From Flectonema sp. DT1601 (lineage: Eukaryota), in contig OZ025798.1 in NCBI GenBank assembly GCA_964019425.1, forward strand, positions 806,001 through 870,000: a stretch of DNA of 64,000 bases. Direction: 5' to 3'. Every line of letters starts with the position of its first letter. Position 1 is the first letter of the stretch. The position numbers and the translations under genes are program-made. Below, piece after piece: positions 1 through 12,125 of the stretch. The notes beneath the pieces are model-generated. The model did not search any database. It was not told the origin of the DNA and saw nothing but the letters and a program-made list of their open reading frames with translations.

Positions 1-860
1 TGCTAGCTAGCTGCTAGCTAACTAGCTAAGTTATTCGTTCTCTTTGTAGTAGAAACATCGAACTCACACTCGTCGTTTCACTGGACTCGAGTTTGAAACT
101 GATGTGACGTCCCTTCTTCATAATTCTATCATCTCATCGCATCTCTCTACAGTTATAACCAGCTTTCAGCAATTAATAACCAGAAAAAAATATATTATTT
201 ATTGTACCTGCGATGATGTTTTCTGGCTTTTCATAGTATCAGTCGGCTTCCGTTCAGCTGATCGATCGTTCGTTCTTTGACAAAAGAAAGTTGCATTGCG
301 CATCTCGCACTGGGATTTCCCCCTTTTACACTACTTTGATTCGTTTATTTTATTTTTAATTTTTATTCAGGTTTCTCATATCGAGTATTGTACTTTAATC
401 AGCCGTGTTACTAACAGAAGACTGGGCTTTGGAGGAAGCTGATGCAAGCCTACTTGGCGGCGTCGTAGTTTTTTTTATACCTGTTTTATCGTGTTACATC
501 ATTATTCTTTCATTTATTTATTTATTTATTTATTTCTACTTTCGTGGCTTCCCTGACTTCGATAAATAAATAATGAATAATTTCTAACTTTTTACGTTAA
601 TAGCAAAATGGAAATTGCCACTCTTATTATCTTGGAAAGAATTTTTCTTTTCATTCACCTACCTGGGAACTGTTAACCAGATGTAGATGTGGTCAGTCAA
701 GATTTCTCTGAGTCTTCACAGCACTCTTGGGTGACGATCTTATCTGATCTCCTTCACATTTTTTTTTGTGTGATGCAAGTGAAACAAAAAACTTAGTTTT
801 GGGCAGCGTGCTTATAATTCTGATTTAGGAAAATGGTTCTTTTTTTTTTTTTTTTTTTTT

Positions 861-1010
861 TTGCACCGACAAAGTCGGAGAAAAAAAACTATTCAGATTT
901 AAGAGCCGTTTTTATTTATTATATCAAAATGTTATCTATTTCCCCCGTGCGCCAGTAATACTGTCTGCGATCAACAAAAATATATATATGAAGGCTTTAT
1001 CTGAATGGTT
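861..1010. repeat. dispersed repeat, copy 1 (hairpin ccgac-aaa-gtcgg), flanked by poly-T
   Basis: Collinear blocks shared with 49360-49482: tgcaccgacaaagtcgg, aaactattcagat, gccgttttatttatt, tatttccccgtgcgccag, aaggctt, gaatggtttt. Confidence 0.8.
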
Positions 1011-1337
1011 TTTTTTTTTCTTTTTAAAAATTAATTATTACACGCAAACAAAGCCAAACTAGTTTTTTTTTCCTGTCGTTTGACATTTGATGTCAACCAA
1101 CAGTTTCACAGCTTATGAAAACACACAATTCAAAATGTCTCTTTTCTTGTCCGAACTGACAGAACCACAATGTCATTACAATGTTGTTAATACTTTACAA
1201 CGTAGATAATTAGATAAGGAATTATCACCCTAAATTCTTACAACCACCTGACTGGTATACCAACTTTCTTTATTGGCATTTGTGTTCCTGTTTTTTTTTT
1301 GCTATGTGAAAAGTGTCATTATTAGCTCGCCTAGAAA

Positions 1338-1369
<32 letters not shown>

Positions 1370-1459
1370 CCCCCCCCTTTTTTCTTTTTTCCTTTCTTTT
1401 TGTTGTTTTTTTTCTAAAGAAGAATATTCGCAACAAGACTTTGTAAACACCAACACAAT

Positions 1460-2560
1460 ATGACTCTCGCAGATCGCATTAAGACTAGACTTGACGGAGC
1501 AAAAGTTTCAATTGCTAACTCGCCATCTTATCACACGACTTTATCAGAGCTAATGGCTTTCATGGTTAAAGAAGGGAAGACAAAAGAGGTAATCGGTAAC
1601 GAGTTTGACAAATATATCCGCGCTGGTACCTTTGAGGCATTTTATCAGATGTCGACTGAGGAAGCAGCGAATGAGGCTGGGGGTGTTAGTATTCCATCTG
1701 GCAATAAGAAAAAGAATAACAAAAAGAAGAAGGAACAACAACCACAGCAGCAGCAACAACAACAACAACAACAGCAACAACAGCAGAAAAAGAACACGGC
1801 AGGTCAGAAAATCTTTCATCAAACTGCCGGGGGAGGTGTAGCTCAAGGAAATCAAAAAATATTTCAAAAAGCTGGAAAGGGTGCAGGTAGAGGAGGAGGT
1901 CGTGGAACTGTTATAACTTCTTCAACAACTGATTTGAGTAAGATTGAGAACAGAGTCATCGGAAAGGGAAGAGGTGTCGACCCTCGTACTGCAGGAGTCA
2001 ACATCCCAACCTCTCAAATATCATCACCGGTACTTCCAAACTCAAGATATTCACCAGTTGGTGGAACTACTCCTGGTAGAGGAAGAGGTGGTGTCGTTCC
2101 AAAGGTTGCCACCGGTCAAGTTCCAAGACTTCCAAAAACTCAGAGAATTCCAACACCTGGAGCACGTGGCCCTACTGCTGCCCGTCCAACTATCGGCAGC
2201 AACAACGCCCCCGCCAACAGTAGTAACAATGTCGAACTCCAGAAGGTAAAGGCACAGCTAGCCCGCCAACAACAACAAAATGTTATCCAACAACAACAAC
2301 TCGCTTCTGCCCAACAGCAGCTCCTTCAGCAGCAGATGCTATTCCAACAGCAGCAGGCAGCACAACAACAAGTTCCAATTCAGATTGGCATTCCTGCAGC
2401 TCAGCAACAAGCACTCATTCAGCAACACAACGCTCTGCAACAAGCACAACAGCAGCTGGCGGCACTGCAACAGCAGCAAGCAGCCATCGAGCAGGCTCAG
2501 CAGCAGGCAGCGGCTCAGCAGCAAGCGCAGGTACAGCAAGCAGCTCACCATCAGCAGCAT

Positions 2561-2593
<33 letters not shown>

Positions 2594-2833
2594 GCAGCAC
2601 AACAACAGCAACAACAGCAGCAGGCAGCACAGCAACAGCAGGCAGCGCAGCAGCAACAAGCCCAGTTGCATGCCCAGCAGCTTCAGCAACAGCAACTCCA
2701 GCAACAGGCTCAACAGCAGCAGGCTCAACAACAGGCTCAGCAGCAGGCTCAACAGCAAGCACAGCAACAGGCCCAACAGCAGGCTCTCTTGCAGCTTGCA
2801 CAGACTCAGGGAATGCCACAACTTTTGGGATAG
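1460..2833 (+). CDS. Gln-rich, RGG-containing protein; N-terminus resembles a PWI-like (Nab2/ZC3H14-type) domain
   Basis: 457-aa ORF. Helical N-terminus (LSELMAFMVKEGKTKEVIGNEFDKYI), several GRG/RGG repeats, long CAG/CAA-encoded polyQ tail. The domain call is by eye only. Confidence 0.75.
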
Positions 2834-3724
2834 TTAGTTGAGAAAAAAGTACGACAAAGAAAAATGAACAGATAGCAAAAAGATTTGGACTTGTCACTTT
2901 TTATTTGTTTCATTAATAATGCGACGATTGCCTGTATGAGCCCTGAGTGTTTGTTTTCCTCCTTCAGTTTTTTCCCCCATTTTTTCAGACTGACAAGAAC
3001 TTACTTCCTTTCCTTATCCCTGATTAGCTAGATTTCCTTTTTTTTTACGGAAATTTGAAAAAAAAAAAAAAAAAAAAAACGGTTCATCATATTCGCCAGA
3101 AGGATGCGTGTCCTAACTACAGTCCTTTATGAAATTGGTACTTTTAGCCGTTAAAACTACAACTCGGCAACGCTTTATTTATAAGCACGTGTTTCTTGGC
3201 GATAGTACGTCGTCTTCTCTTCTCTTCTCTTTTTCATTTTTTTCTTCTTTTGAATTGTTCTTCAAGTGAGCACACTTGATGCTACGATTCTAACACACAA
3301 ACAAGAAAAAAAGAAGAAGAAGAGGAAGAGGAAAATATGTATTCGGCATTTCTTGTTGAAGTTCTCTGTTTTGTTTTTTTCTAGCATTGTTCGGGGGTCT
3401 GGATTTTTGTTACTTATTGTGGCACTTGATCACAAAGTTTTGTAGTTATCTTGAGATTATTGATTGGGTAATACAACAGGCAATTCTTACGCAAGCGTTC
3501 CATTAGTGAGACTGAAATAGAAATAGTGAAAAGGAAAAAAAAAAAAAGAAAGAAGAAAAAAAAAAAAAACGAAACAGAACAAAACAAAACAAAAAAGGAT
3601 AAAGAAAAGCAGAATTGACACGGAACAGTGTGCCAGCATGGCATTATTTCTTTTTTTAATTAGCGTTTTTTTTTTTTTTTTTTTTTAAAATTTCGTTAAC
3701 ACAACAGGCAACAGAGGCAATCTA

Positions 3725-5878
3725 ATGTTTGGCCGTGTTGGAAATTTAATTCGAGGGGTCGGTACCCCAAAACGTAAAAGAGACAAAAAACAAGACTCTG
3801 AATCACCCAAAGACGCTGGGAAGATAGGACTGGGATTCGAGGTAATGGAAGGAGCAATGCAAAAAAAACTCCAAAAAGGAGTAAAATACAACATGAAAGT
3901 ACTAATTAGAGGTGAGAGACGAAGCGGTAAGAGCAGCCTACTCCGACGACTACAAGGAAAGTATCACGACGAAGGCTACAATCAAACACCACAGTTAAAC
4001 GCGGCAACCGTACATTGGTGTTCAGAATTCACTCAAGACCCTGTTAAGGTAGAAGTTTGGGATGTTGTTGACAGTGGCTTTATAACACAAGAGCTTGAAG
4101 ACCATCATAACTCCCTCAACGCCCCTCCAGGCATAGAAGTTCAAGTTTCCGATGCAAGCAACGTCAACGTCTACAGAGATGCACATTGTGTGATTTTCAT
4201 GATCGATGCAACTAAAAAAGACGCCTTAACCTATTTAGCAACTCAACTACCAAAAGTACCACAAAATGTTGTTATCTTGGTTTTGCGTAATAAATGTGAT
4301 CTTGTAGACGACATTGTTATATCTGAAAAAGACATCTCAAAAATATTACAACAACATCAACGAACAACGACACAATTTTTATCAGAAATTTGTGGTAGTG
4401 GAAAGATACCAGATAAATATTCCATAGCACCTCATTGTATTAATTCTAGTATGGTAAATTGTTATGGAATCAAGAATTTATATTCATATTTAAATATTCC
4501 ATTTCAGAAGTTGAGATGTGAAATATTTGAAGAGACTTTCAGACAACTTTGGTCAAGCTCTCAAAACCACATCTCAGACGTTAAAGAAATGGAACGCCCA
4601 TACCCTGAGTACGAAGCTTGGTTGATCGAACAAAGTCAAAAGAACCAGCAAGAATCTAAGAAATCACCCGTCGAAGACGAGGTAAAACCGCCTCTAGCTC
4701 CGAAAAGCGAAGGGCTTTTAGTTGAGAATACAACTGAGTCTCCACAGCCTGAGTATAATGGTAAAAAAAATAATCTATCCTTTAAACATCAAGGATCGTT
4801 TAATCTGAATGCCATCGATGAGGGGTTCTTCGATGACGTTTCTGATGATGAAGAAAACGAACAACAGAACCGTCCTCGTTCATCAGCCGATTCTGAAGAC
4901 CTAATCGCTGCTGTTGCTATCCAAAGGGGATCTCGTAGAGACGCACAAGATGATGACTGTAGTCGATCTTCATCGGATAATCATGGAGTCCAACCTGCTT
5001 CTGATTCTGAGTCTGAATCCGTCGAGGAAATTAAAATTAATTTTGGACCCGTTATAAAAAAAGAATCAAAAACACGATCCAAAATTGAAGACGACGAAGG
5101 AGAAAAGCGCATTCGCATTGCCAACGCAAAAACACAATCAGCAACGGAGCTGTGGAACGATGCTATAAAGAAAGATAAAAAAGCAGAAGCGGAGAAGGAA
5201 GAAGAGTTTGCGAGACAAATTGATATCGGTGGAATAGATGAGAGCTTCTTTGATGAGGATGAGGATGATGATGATAACGATGATGATAACGATAAGGAAG
5301 ACAATACGAATGACGACATAGAAATCGTATCACATCCAAAAGATGCCTGCGACAAATCGGAGTCACCAGAACATACCAGCTCAGAAGTTCCACAATCTGA
5401 ACAACAACAACAACAACAGCAACAACAACAACAACCACCACCACCACCACCACAAGAAGTAGAAAAGGAAAAAGAAGAAGAAGAAGAGGAACTTCCAATT
5501 GGAATGGAACCGGACCAGTCACAAGACGCTTTCGATTTCAAACCAAAACCCGAACCGACTCCTAGAGAGACATCCGTCTCTGCTGAGGCACTCCACGCAG
5601 TTCAGCAACTAATGCAAAACATGCAAACACAACAAGAACCTGAACTTGCTGAAGACACAACTCACAGTCGTCGTCGTAGAAAGGAAGCCAAAGAATCGAC
5701 AGACGACAAGAAGGAAAAAAGAAGAAGAAGACGCAAAGATGGTGACGAGGTGGATGCACCTCCCAAAGAGAAAAAAGAGAAGAAAGAGAAAAAAGACAAA
5801 CGAAGACGCAGACGGGAAGAACCCGATGTTAAAGAGGAAGAAGAAGAACCAGTCACACATGAAGAACGATCACAATGA
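3725..5878 (+). CDS. RABL6: Rab-like protein 6 (RBEL1/PARF family GTPase-like)
   Basis: KGVKYNMKVLIRGERRSGKSSLLRRLQG, VKVEVWDVVD, VLRNKCD and YLNIPF match the RABL6 family; acidic and Lys/Arg-rich C-terminal tail. Confidence 0.85.
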   Translation: MFGRVGNLIRGVGTPKRKRDKKQDSESPKDAGKIGLGFEVMEGAMQKKLQKGVKYNMKVLIRGERRSGKSSLLRRLQGKYHDEGYNQTPQLNAATVHWCSEFTQDPVKVEVWDVVDSGFITQELEDHHNSLNAPPGIEVQVSDASNVNVYRDAHCVIFMIDATKKDALTYLATQLPKVPQNVVILVLRNKCDLVDDIVISEKDISKILQQHQRTTTQFLSEICGSGKIPDKYSIAPHCINSSMVNCYGIKNLYSYLNIPFQKLRCEIFEETFRQLWSSSQNHISDVKEMERPYPEYEAWLIEQSQKNQQESKKSPVEDEVKPPLAPKSEGLLVENTTESPQPEYNGKKNNLSFKHQGSFNLNAIDEGFFDDVSDDEENEQQNRPRSSADSEDLIAAVAIQRGSRRDAQDDDCSRSSSDNHGVQPASDSESESVEEIKINFGPVIKKESKTRSKIEDDEGEKRIRIANAKTQSATELWNDAIKKDKKAEAEKEEEFARQIDIGGIDESFFDEDEDDDDNDDDNDKEDNTNDDIEIVSHPKDACDKSESPEHTSSEVPQSEQQQQQQQQQQQPPPPPPQEVEKEKEEEEEELPIGMEPDQSQDAFDFKPKPEPTPRETSVSAEALHAVQQLMQNMQTQQEPELAEDTTHSRRRRKEAKESTDDKKEKRRRRRKDGDEVDAPPKEKKEKKEKKDKRRRRREEPDVKEEEEEPVTHEERSQ

Positions 5879-6805
5879 GGAACTTCATGACCACTGTTGT
5901 CCTTCTGCTAACGCTTGACTCCACCCAATAGAATAGTATCTTGGAGTGTTGTGGCATTTCCCGATTTTTTGTTTTATAAATTTCCCTTAAGGGATCAAAA
6001 AAACCCGTTTAAGAGTATCTTACTTTCTATGTTGTCCCCTTGTATAGGTGTACAGCAGATGAAGAAGACACAGAGAAGGTAAAACTCGGTTATTCTAATT
6101 TATTTTTGTTCCGTCAGTTGACCGGGTGCCTGTCCCTTGCTTTAAAATCCTTTTTGTTTAAGTTGTTTTAATTCATTCCACCTGACTTGGTGCTTCGTTG
6201 ATGATTTTCTTTTTTTCTTTTTTTCCATTTTCCCTTTACGTTATTCTGCTTGGCATACCTATCCACTTTAATTTCTTTGAAAGACTTTTTTTTATTTTAT
6301 TTTATTTTGTTTCGTTTTCGTACGTATGTTACCTCGTTGTTTATTCCTTGTGTGGGAATAGCGTGCAGGTGGAAAATTAAAAAAAAATAATACGAGAATC
6401 ATAAATCCAGCAAAAGATTTTGCAAAGCATCCACCCGGAACCGTGTGTTCTTTATTGTGGGGGTTTTTTTTTCCCCAAGGAAAAAAAAAAAAAAAAGAGA
6501 GAGAAAAAGAGGAGAGCCACCAAACAATACTGCTGTTTTAAAGAAAAAAAAAACTTTTGAAAGTGTTCCATTTTTGTTCTTGAAATCGACCTACGCTGGC
6601 TCAACCGAAATTAAATAGTAGCCACTTACTCTTTGTCTGATAAGCAGCCTTTTGCTGATATGTTTTTTTTTTTTTTTTTTTTCACGAGATACGAAACAAA
6701 AGCTATTCGGAATTATTTTATTTAACAAAACAGACTTGGAGTGTATAATATTTTTAGAAACAAAACCAAAAAAACAAACATGAAACACGCCTAAAAATAA
6801 TAATA

Positions 6806-7918
6806 ATGAACACTAATGGTGAATCTGTAAGGATGTTACTTGATGAATGCTATGATCAACTTTCTGAACTACTTCTGTCTGAGTCGTGTGATGTTAGTGA
6901 TGAAGAGCAAGAGAGGATTCAACGGTTGCTTGAGAGTAGAGGAAAGGGTACGAACTTATTAAAGGTTCGAGAATTTTCAAAAAAAATCATCAATCCGTCG
7001 GACAATAACAAATCAAACAATCTAATAATGAAATATTTATCAAATGATGTTCACGTTAAACTAAGTCGTGGGGTTACCTACCCATCTGATATCGGTGTTT
7101 TTGCTATTCACACAATTGAAGCAGGTGTAGTTGTAGATAGAATCCCAAGGCTATTTTTAAAACAACTTGGCTACACTACAGATGATTCAGGTACTCTACC
7201 AATGTCGTACATATCAAAAGAACAATTATTGTGTCTTCCGAAAACTGTTAGTAATTATTTATCTGAATTACAGAATCTGGAGACGCTCACTGACGGATCA
7301 CTAAAACAGACTCTCGTACTTCCTTTCTTAGGTCCAAATGCCTTCATTGGTTTCTGTCAATGGGTAAGACCCACACGCCATGGTAGAGTAACAGCTAAAC
7401 TAAGCAACGGAGACAGTGAAGAGATTGCTTATAATTTAAAAATTGAAACGACTGTTCCAGTAGCTCAAGGAGAAGAACTCGCTGTTTTATATGATAATCC
7501 AGAGTTTTGGCCTCAACTACTCAGTAATGAGGCTGAAGTGTTACCACTAATGATTTCTGATATCCCACTTCCTTACATTAATTTAAATGGAATGTACTAT
7601 CATTGTGGGAATAATACTTTTGGTCCATTTTATCGACTTTCTGGGGAATCGTCGAATGGTTTTCCACAATCAGTTTGGTTATCTCGTATTCACGATGGAC
7701 GTTGGGCATTTTGTTTAGATAACGACTTTTCGACTATAGCATTACTTCAATACCAGTCTGAGTGTTTGCCATGTGTTTCTGATGCTAAGTCATGGCTACT
7801 ACAATCAAACTCACCTACTCGACGAAAACGCGCAAAACTTGATAGCGGCGACGTCGTTTTGTCCTTTACTACAATACCTTTAGAAAAACAAGACTTAAAT
7901 GATGTACACATTTCTTAA
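6806..7918 (+). CDS. hypothetical protein with degenerate SET-like domain
   Basis: 370-aa ORF. IGVFAIHTIEAG and VAQGEELAVLY resemble SET-domain N- and C-terminal motifs, but there is no NHxC motif. Confidence 0.6.
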   Translation: MNTNGESVRMLLDECYDQLSELLLSESCDVSDEEQERIQRLLESRGKGTNLLKVREFSKKIINPSDNNKSNNLIMKYLSNDVHVKLSRGVTYPSDIGVFAIHTIEAGVVVDRIPRLFLKQLGYTTDDSGTLPMSYISKEQLLCLPKTVSNYLSELQNLETLTDGSLKQTLVLPFLGPNAFIGFCQWVRPTRHGRVTAKLSNGDSEEIAYNLKIETTVPVAQGEELAVLYDNPEFWPQLLSNEAEVLPLMISDIPLPYINLNGMYYHCGNNTFGPFYRLSGESSNGFPQSVWLSRIHDGRWAFCLDNDFSTIALLQYQSECLPCVSDAKSWLLQSNSPTRRKRAKLDSGDVVLSFTTIPLEKQDLNDVHIS

Positions 7919-8156
7919 GTAGTCGATTCCGACAATTCTCTTTTTTTTCTTCATAAACACCAAAGTCCAACTTAGTTTGCGCTGCTTAGGCGCTGGAAAG
8001 AAAAAAAAAAAAAAAAAAAAAAGAAGATATTTTTCTTGTTTTGTGTGTGTTTCTGATAGAATAGTCGAAAGTAGTCGTCAATGATTGTTTTGTATAAACC
8101 TTTTTTTTTTCCCTCTTCCCCCCTTCTCTTACTATTTTCTTAGTTACTATTTTTAA

Positions 8157-8591
8157 ATGAACGGGAATGAAGAAATCATTTATGAGCCAGTGCAGTACCA
8201 ACCGAGAGGACGGGCTGGTCCTCTTCTTGCTTATCGCGTAAGAACAGGCGCAGTCACAGACTGGGATAAAAACAACAACTCAATCTTAGATAGAAGAAAT
8301 ACTGATCAACCTCCCATAAGCAATTCAGAATTGATAGAAAAATATACCAACACAGCTTCTCAGATTGGTTGGCTCGCTCGATCATCATCATACAACAAAT
8401 TAAATCCATCAGATGTTAATCTGGCTTCACTTGCTAATAGGCTCACATCGTTACTGACGATATATAACTTGACTTCGGATGAAAAAAAGGATCTCATTTC
8501 CTTATGTAACAATGCTCTTGGTTCTGTATTAAATATCTCATCTAAACTTTATGAGATGAAACTGAAGAATAATGAACTAAGAGGACAGTAA
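8157..8591 (+). CDS. hypothetical protein (144 aa)
   Basis: ATG-TAA ORF with coding-like composition between AT-rich spacers. Confidence 0.6.
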   Translation: MNGNEEIIYEPVQYQPRGRAGPLLAYRVRTGAVTDWDKNNNSILDRRNTDQPPISNSELIEKYTNTASQIGWLARSSSYNKLNPSDVNLASLANRLTSLLTIYNLTSDEKKDLISLCNNALGSVLNISSKLYEMKLKNNELRGQ

Positions 8592-8827
8592 CTCTTTTTC
8601 TGATTTTTTTCCTTTTTTTTTTTTTTTTTTTTTTTTCCCTATTGCACGCATACTCTAGAAGTGTACATGTCACATTGTTGTATCTTGTTGTGGTGTTTTT
8701 TTTTTTTTTTGTTAATTTTTCCGAACCGAGGAATGTGGTCTTGGTTGAGTGATTAAAAAAAAAAAAAAAAAAAAAAGAAATAACTTCCCACCATTTTTTT
8801 CTTGAAAGTAATCAATAATAATAAAAA

Positions 8828-10199
8828 ATGCTGGAGCGAGACATAGGAACCCACTTCGTTCAGAAGTACTATACGACTTATGCGAGTAATCCAGTTGACT
8901 TGGCGATTATGTATTCTAAAGGCTCTGTATTCGCTCATTGTGAAGCAGGTCAGCCATTAGAATTCACTGAAGGAAGAGAAGCGATTCATAATATACTTGC
9001 TGAAGAAACAGAAGCTAACAGGAAGTTTGAACTCATAAACATTGACTGCATACCTTCAATGAATCAATCTATACTTGTCTTAGTTCAAGGAATGATGCTC
9101 ACAAAGGATGCTTCTAGAGGTTTCTCACACACTTTCTTATTGGGAAAAAACGTCGCTGATCAGGCCTACTACATCCACAATGATGTTATGAGAATCTGTG
9201 AGCCTCTCGATGAGGATAACAGTGAGGAAGAGGAAGAAGAAGAAGAGAACAACAGCGAACTGCAGTGCTTTATTGACGCTAATGCGATGCTTCCAAAAAT
9301 CGACGATGTCGTGACTCCTCCTTCAAGGCCTTCTCAACCTCCAAGGCGCACACCTGAAAAGCAAAAAGTACAGCAGCAAACTTCTAGAAACGAGACAAAG
9401 CAAAGGCCATCTAAGCCTGCAGCACCAGTCTCTGCCCCAGGTCCAGCTGTTAAGAGTTCCTGGGCTACTATCGCTAGTAGTAGTTCAGTAATCAAATCAA
9501 CTGGTCCAGTCCAGCGTATCAGCGGAGGAACTGTTTTGGGAGGAACCAAGAAGCCTGTTAACAAGAAACGTAACTCTGAAGAACGCCCTGGACGTGCCGC
9601 CCGTCCAGCAAAACCAGCCGCAGAGGCTGAAAAACGACCAAAACCTGCTTCGAAGAGAAGCACCTCTCAGAGTGCTGTTAATTACAATTATCATTCGATT
9701 TATGTAACTGGACTTCCACAACACTTTAAGGAGTCAGATATCGAAGCGGCTTTTAGTAAGTTTGGAGATATTAAGGGAAAGACTCTTCAGGTATGATTCT
9801 GATCCTCTCTTCTGCTCTCATTCTAATATTTGATAATCATTTACTCAATAATCAAACAGGACATCCCTCAAGCTCGCGGAGGCAAACGTTGCTTCGTAGA
9901 CTACGCCGGAAAGACATCGGTTGAAAGAGCAATGAAAGAAGGAGTATGTTGTTCTTCTGTAGTTGTTTGTAGTGAGTTTATGTTGGGCTGCTTAAAGCAA
10001 AACAAAACAAACAGGTTGTTTTTGGAGGTAACACATTAACAATTCAAGAACGCAAGCCCCCTAGTGAGAGAACAAAGCCTGAGGAAACAACTAAAAAGGT
10101 TTGTCGCCCAAAAAAAAAAAAATTTCTCCCCAAAAAAAAAAAAAAAACCCCCATTTCTTACGATACATCAAACAAACTAACAAACAGCCCTCAAAGTAA
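8828..10199 (+). CDS. G3BP/Rasputin-like NTF2 + RRM protein; exons 8828-9790, 9860-9943, 10015-10098, 10188-10199
   Basis: NTF2 domain (IGTHFVQKYY...FSHTFLL...YYIHNDVMR) and RRM start (SIYVTGLP...FSKFGDI). Three GT-AG introns restore the rest of the RRM in frame (DIPQARGGKRCFVDY...VVFGGNTLTIQERKP). Confidence 0.85.
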
Positions 10200-10476
10200 G
10201 GAATGAGGTGATCGGGGCGATAAATCAACAAATCAGCATCGAATCATTCACTCACTTTAGATTATCATTCTGTCAGACCAACAATCGTAGAAACGTGAAT
10301 CCTTTGTTACGGATATGTGTTCTTATTGTGTCTTGTGTTTTTATTATTTTATAAGTTACCTTCTCTACAGGATGGAGGGGCGTCGCACATTTACGTTTTC
10401 TTAACGCTGTTTGATAATTACCCTTCTGGCATAGATTTCTTTTCAAACAGAAAACACAAAACACTTACACTAAAAT

Positions 10477-10818
10477 ATGTCATACGGTTCCTGGGGTCGA
10501 AATGACTTCGATCCCCACCCACATTTAAGTGGTGAGTTTGACGGAGCAGCATTACTGTACAATCCTGGAGGTCTTTCTACCGGACATTCATCGTCACCAC
10601 TGGCACTACCAAATGCTCCAGGTAAGATTACAGTAGCGAAGTTAGAGGTTTGTTTTTTTATTATATTTGTAATTATGTTGATTAACTACATGATTTTAAA
10701 TGATTAAAAAAAATCAAAAAAAAAAAAAAAATAGGTAACACCCCTTCCAAAAAAATCTAACCTTCATGTTCCAAAGGGGCCTGTGGGAGGAGGTGCACCA
10801 TTGCCTCACTCTGGCTAG
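10477..10818 (+). CDS. small Pro/Gly-rich hypothetical protein; exons 10477-10647, 10735-10818
   Basis: GAG|gtttgt ... aaatag|GTA splicing gives an in-frame C-terminus VTPLPKKSNLHVPKGPVGGGAPLPHSG*. Confidence 0.55.
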
Positions 10819-10967
10819 CCTTAGTTGCCCTTGGAATTTACACGAAAACACTTGATTATAAACTGTAGTAGTAATTTTAAAAAAAAAAAAAAAAATTCGT
10901 CTGCGGGTTCTTTTTTCCCCATAAAAAGTGAATTATTAAAAACTTATTATTTCAATAGCCATCCAAT

Positions 10968-12125
10968 ATGGGACACGATGATATACCCATATACGAAGCA
11001 AAAGATGAGATGCGTTGGATACTTAACAAGTTTCCAGAGGCCAAGTCGGAATTAAAGCACATGATATGTGAACTAGACAGAGGTGAGAGTGTTGTGTTGT
11101 GCAACGTACGAGACTTAGAAAGCAGATTTCGATTAACAAAAGTATTCAACAGCTTACGACTTGAGGCGGCTGAACGTAAGGGAGGCGACAAGTCATTTCG
11201 TCGCAATAAGATGTCAGTTGTGAATCTGAGAAAGAGTTTTTCTGAAATACTTGGAATCACTCAGGTAGACTATGAGAGTGACTCGAGCAGCAGCAGCTCC
11301 AGCAGCGATCGGAAGAAGAAGAAGAAGAAGAAGTCAAAAAAGTCGAAAAAATCATCGAAAAAAAAGAAGAAAGACAAGAAGAAGAAGAAAAAGAAGAAGC
11401 GTCGCCGCAGCACAAGCAGCAGCTCTGACGAAAGCGACCAATCTGAAATTAAACGAACAAACCCAGTAAACACTGCGCCTGTTTGTGATGCTCAACAGGT
11501 TCTTCAAGAAAAGCCAGTGCAAGCTCCGGTAGCAGCACCTCAAAACATCTCAGCCCCTGACAGCGACAGTGACGATGATTTCGGACCGCAAATGTCTTTC
11601 AAGCAGCTGGTCGGCGAACAGGCAGCTGCGAATTATCAGGAACCTGCCATCATACGTTCTGCTAAACAAAAAGAGAAACAACGTGACCCTCAAGCTAATT
11701 GGATAATGCAACCTCCGCAAGTTGGATCACAATTAGGTTCGATAATTAACTCAGCTGAGTCTGAAGAAGCTAGAGCTGCTTGGATGGCAACACCAGAGGA
11801 GAGGTTTTCAGAGGAAGGAAAGCAAAAGCGGGCAAGAGAACGCGCTCAACGTGAAGCTATTGAGAATCTCGCTCAACAAAGACAAGATAATGTGAACAAT
11901 AAGAACTTAGCACAGTATGAATCTTCTTCATCATCTCGTGGTAAGTCACTAATGGAAATTCACCAAGAAATTCACGTTAATGATCCAAAGCCAGCAGCGT
12001 GGGACAGAGAACGTGACTTCGACAGCGGAAAGGTTGACACAAAACGATTAATGGAAAATGTTGCAAACCCTGGCGCAAGGTTAAGATCTAGATTCGCACA
12101 AGGAAAAGAACACTTCCTTCAATAA
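10968..12125 (+). CDS. DUF3752/GPALPP1-like protein with Ser/Lys-rich region
   Basis: DSDDDFGP, AWMATP, RGKSLMEIHQ, WDRERDF and LRSRF motifs are typical of the DUF3752 C-terminus. Confidence 0.7.
   Translation: MGHDDIPIYEAKDEMRWILNKFPEAKSELKHMICELDRGESVVLCNVRDLESRFRLTKVFNSLRLEAAERKGGDKSFRRNKMSVVNLRKSFSEILGITQVDYESDSSSSSSSSDRKKKKKKKSKKSKKSSKKKKKDKKKKKKKKRRRSTSSSSDESDQSEIKRTNPVNTAPVCDAQQVLQEKPVQAPVAAPQNISAPDSDSDDDFGPQMSFKQLVGEQAAANYQEPAIIRSAKQKEKQRDPQANWIMQPPQVGSQLGSIINSAESEEARAAWMATPEERFSEEGKQKRARERAQREAIENLAQQRQDNVNNKNLAQYESSSSSRGKSLMEIHQEIHVNDPKPAAWDRERDFDSGKVDTKRLMENVANPGARLRSRFAQGKEHFLQ

Noticed and set aside
1..30. CTAG-rich simple repeat at the window start
   Set aside because: Too short and truncated by the window edge to interpret.
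1550..2897. Poly-Leu and poly-Ser/Asn ORFs overlapping the polyQ gene; also the polyQ ORF at 15809-16213 (-)
   Set aside because: Alternate-frame readings of CAG/CAA or TTG repeats.
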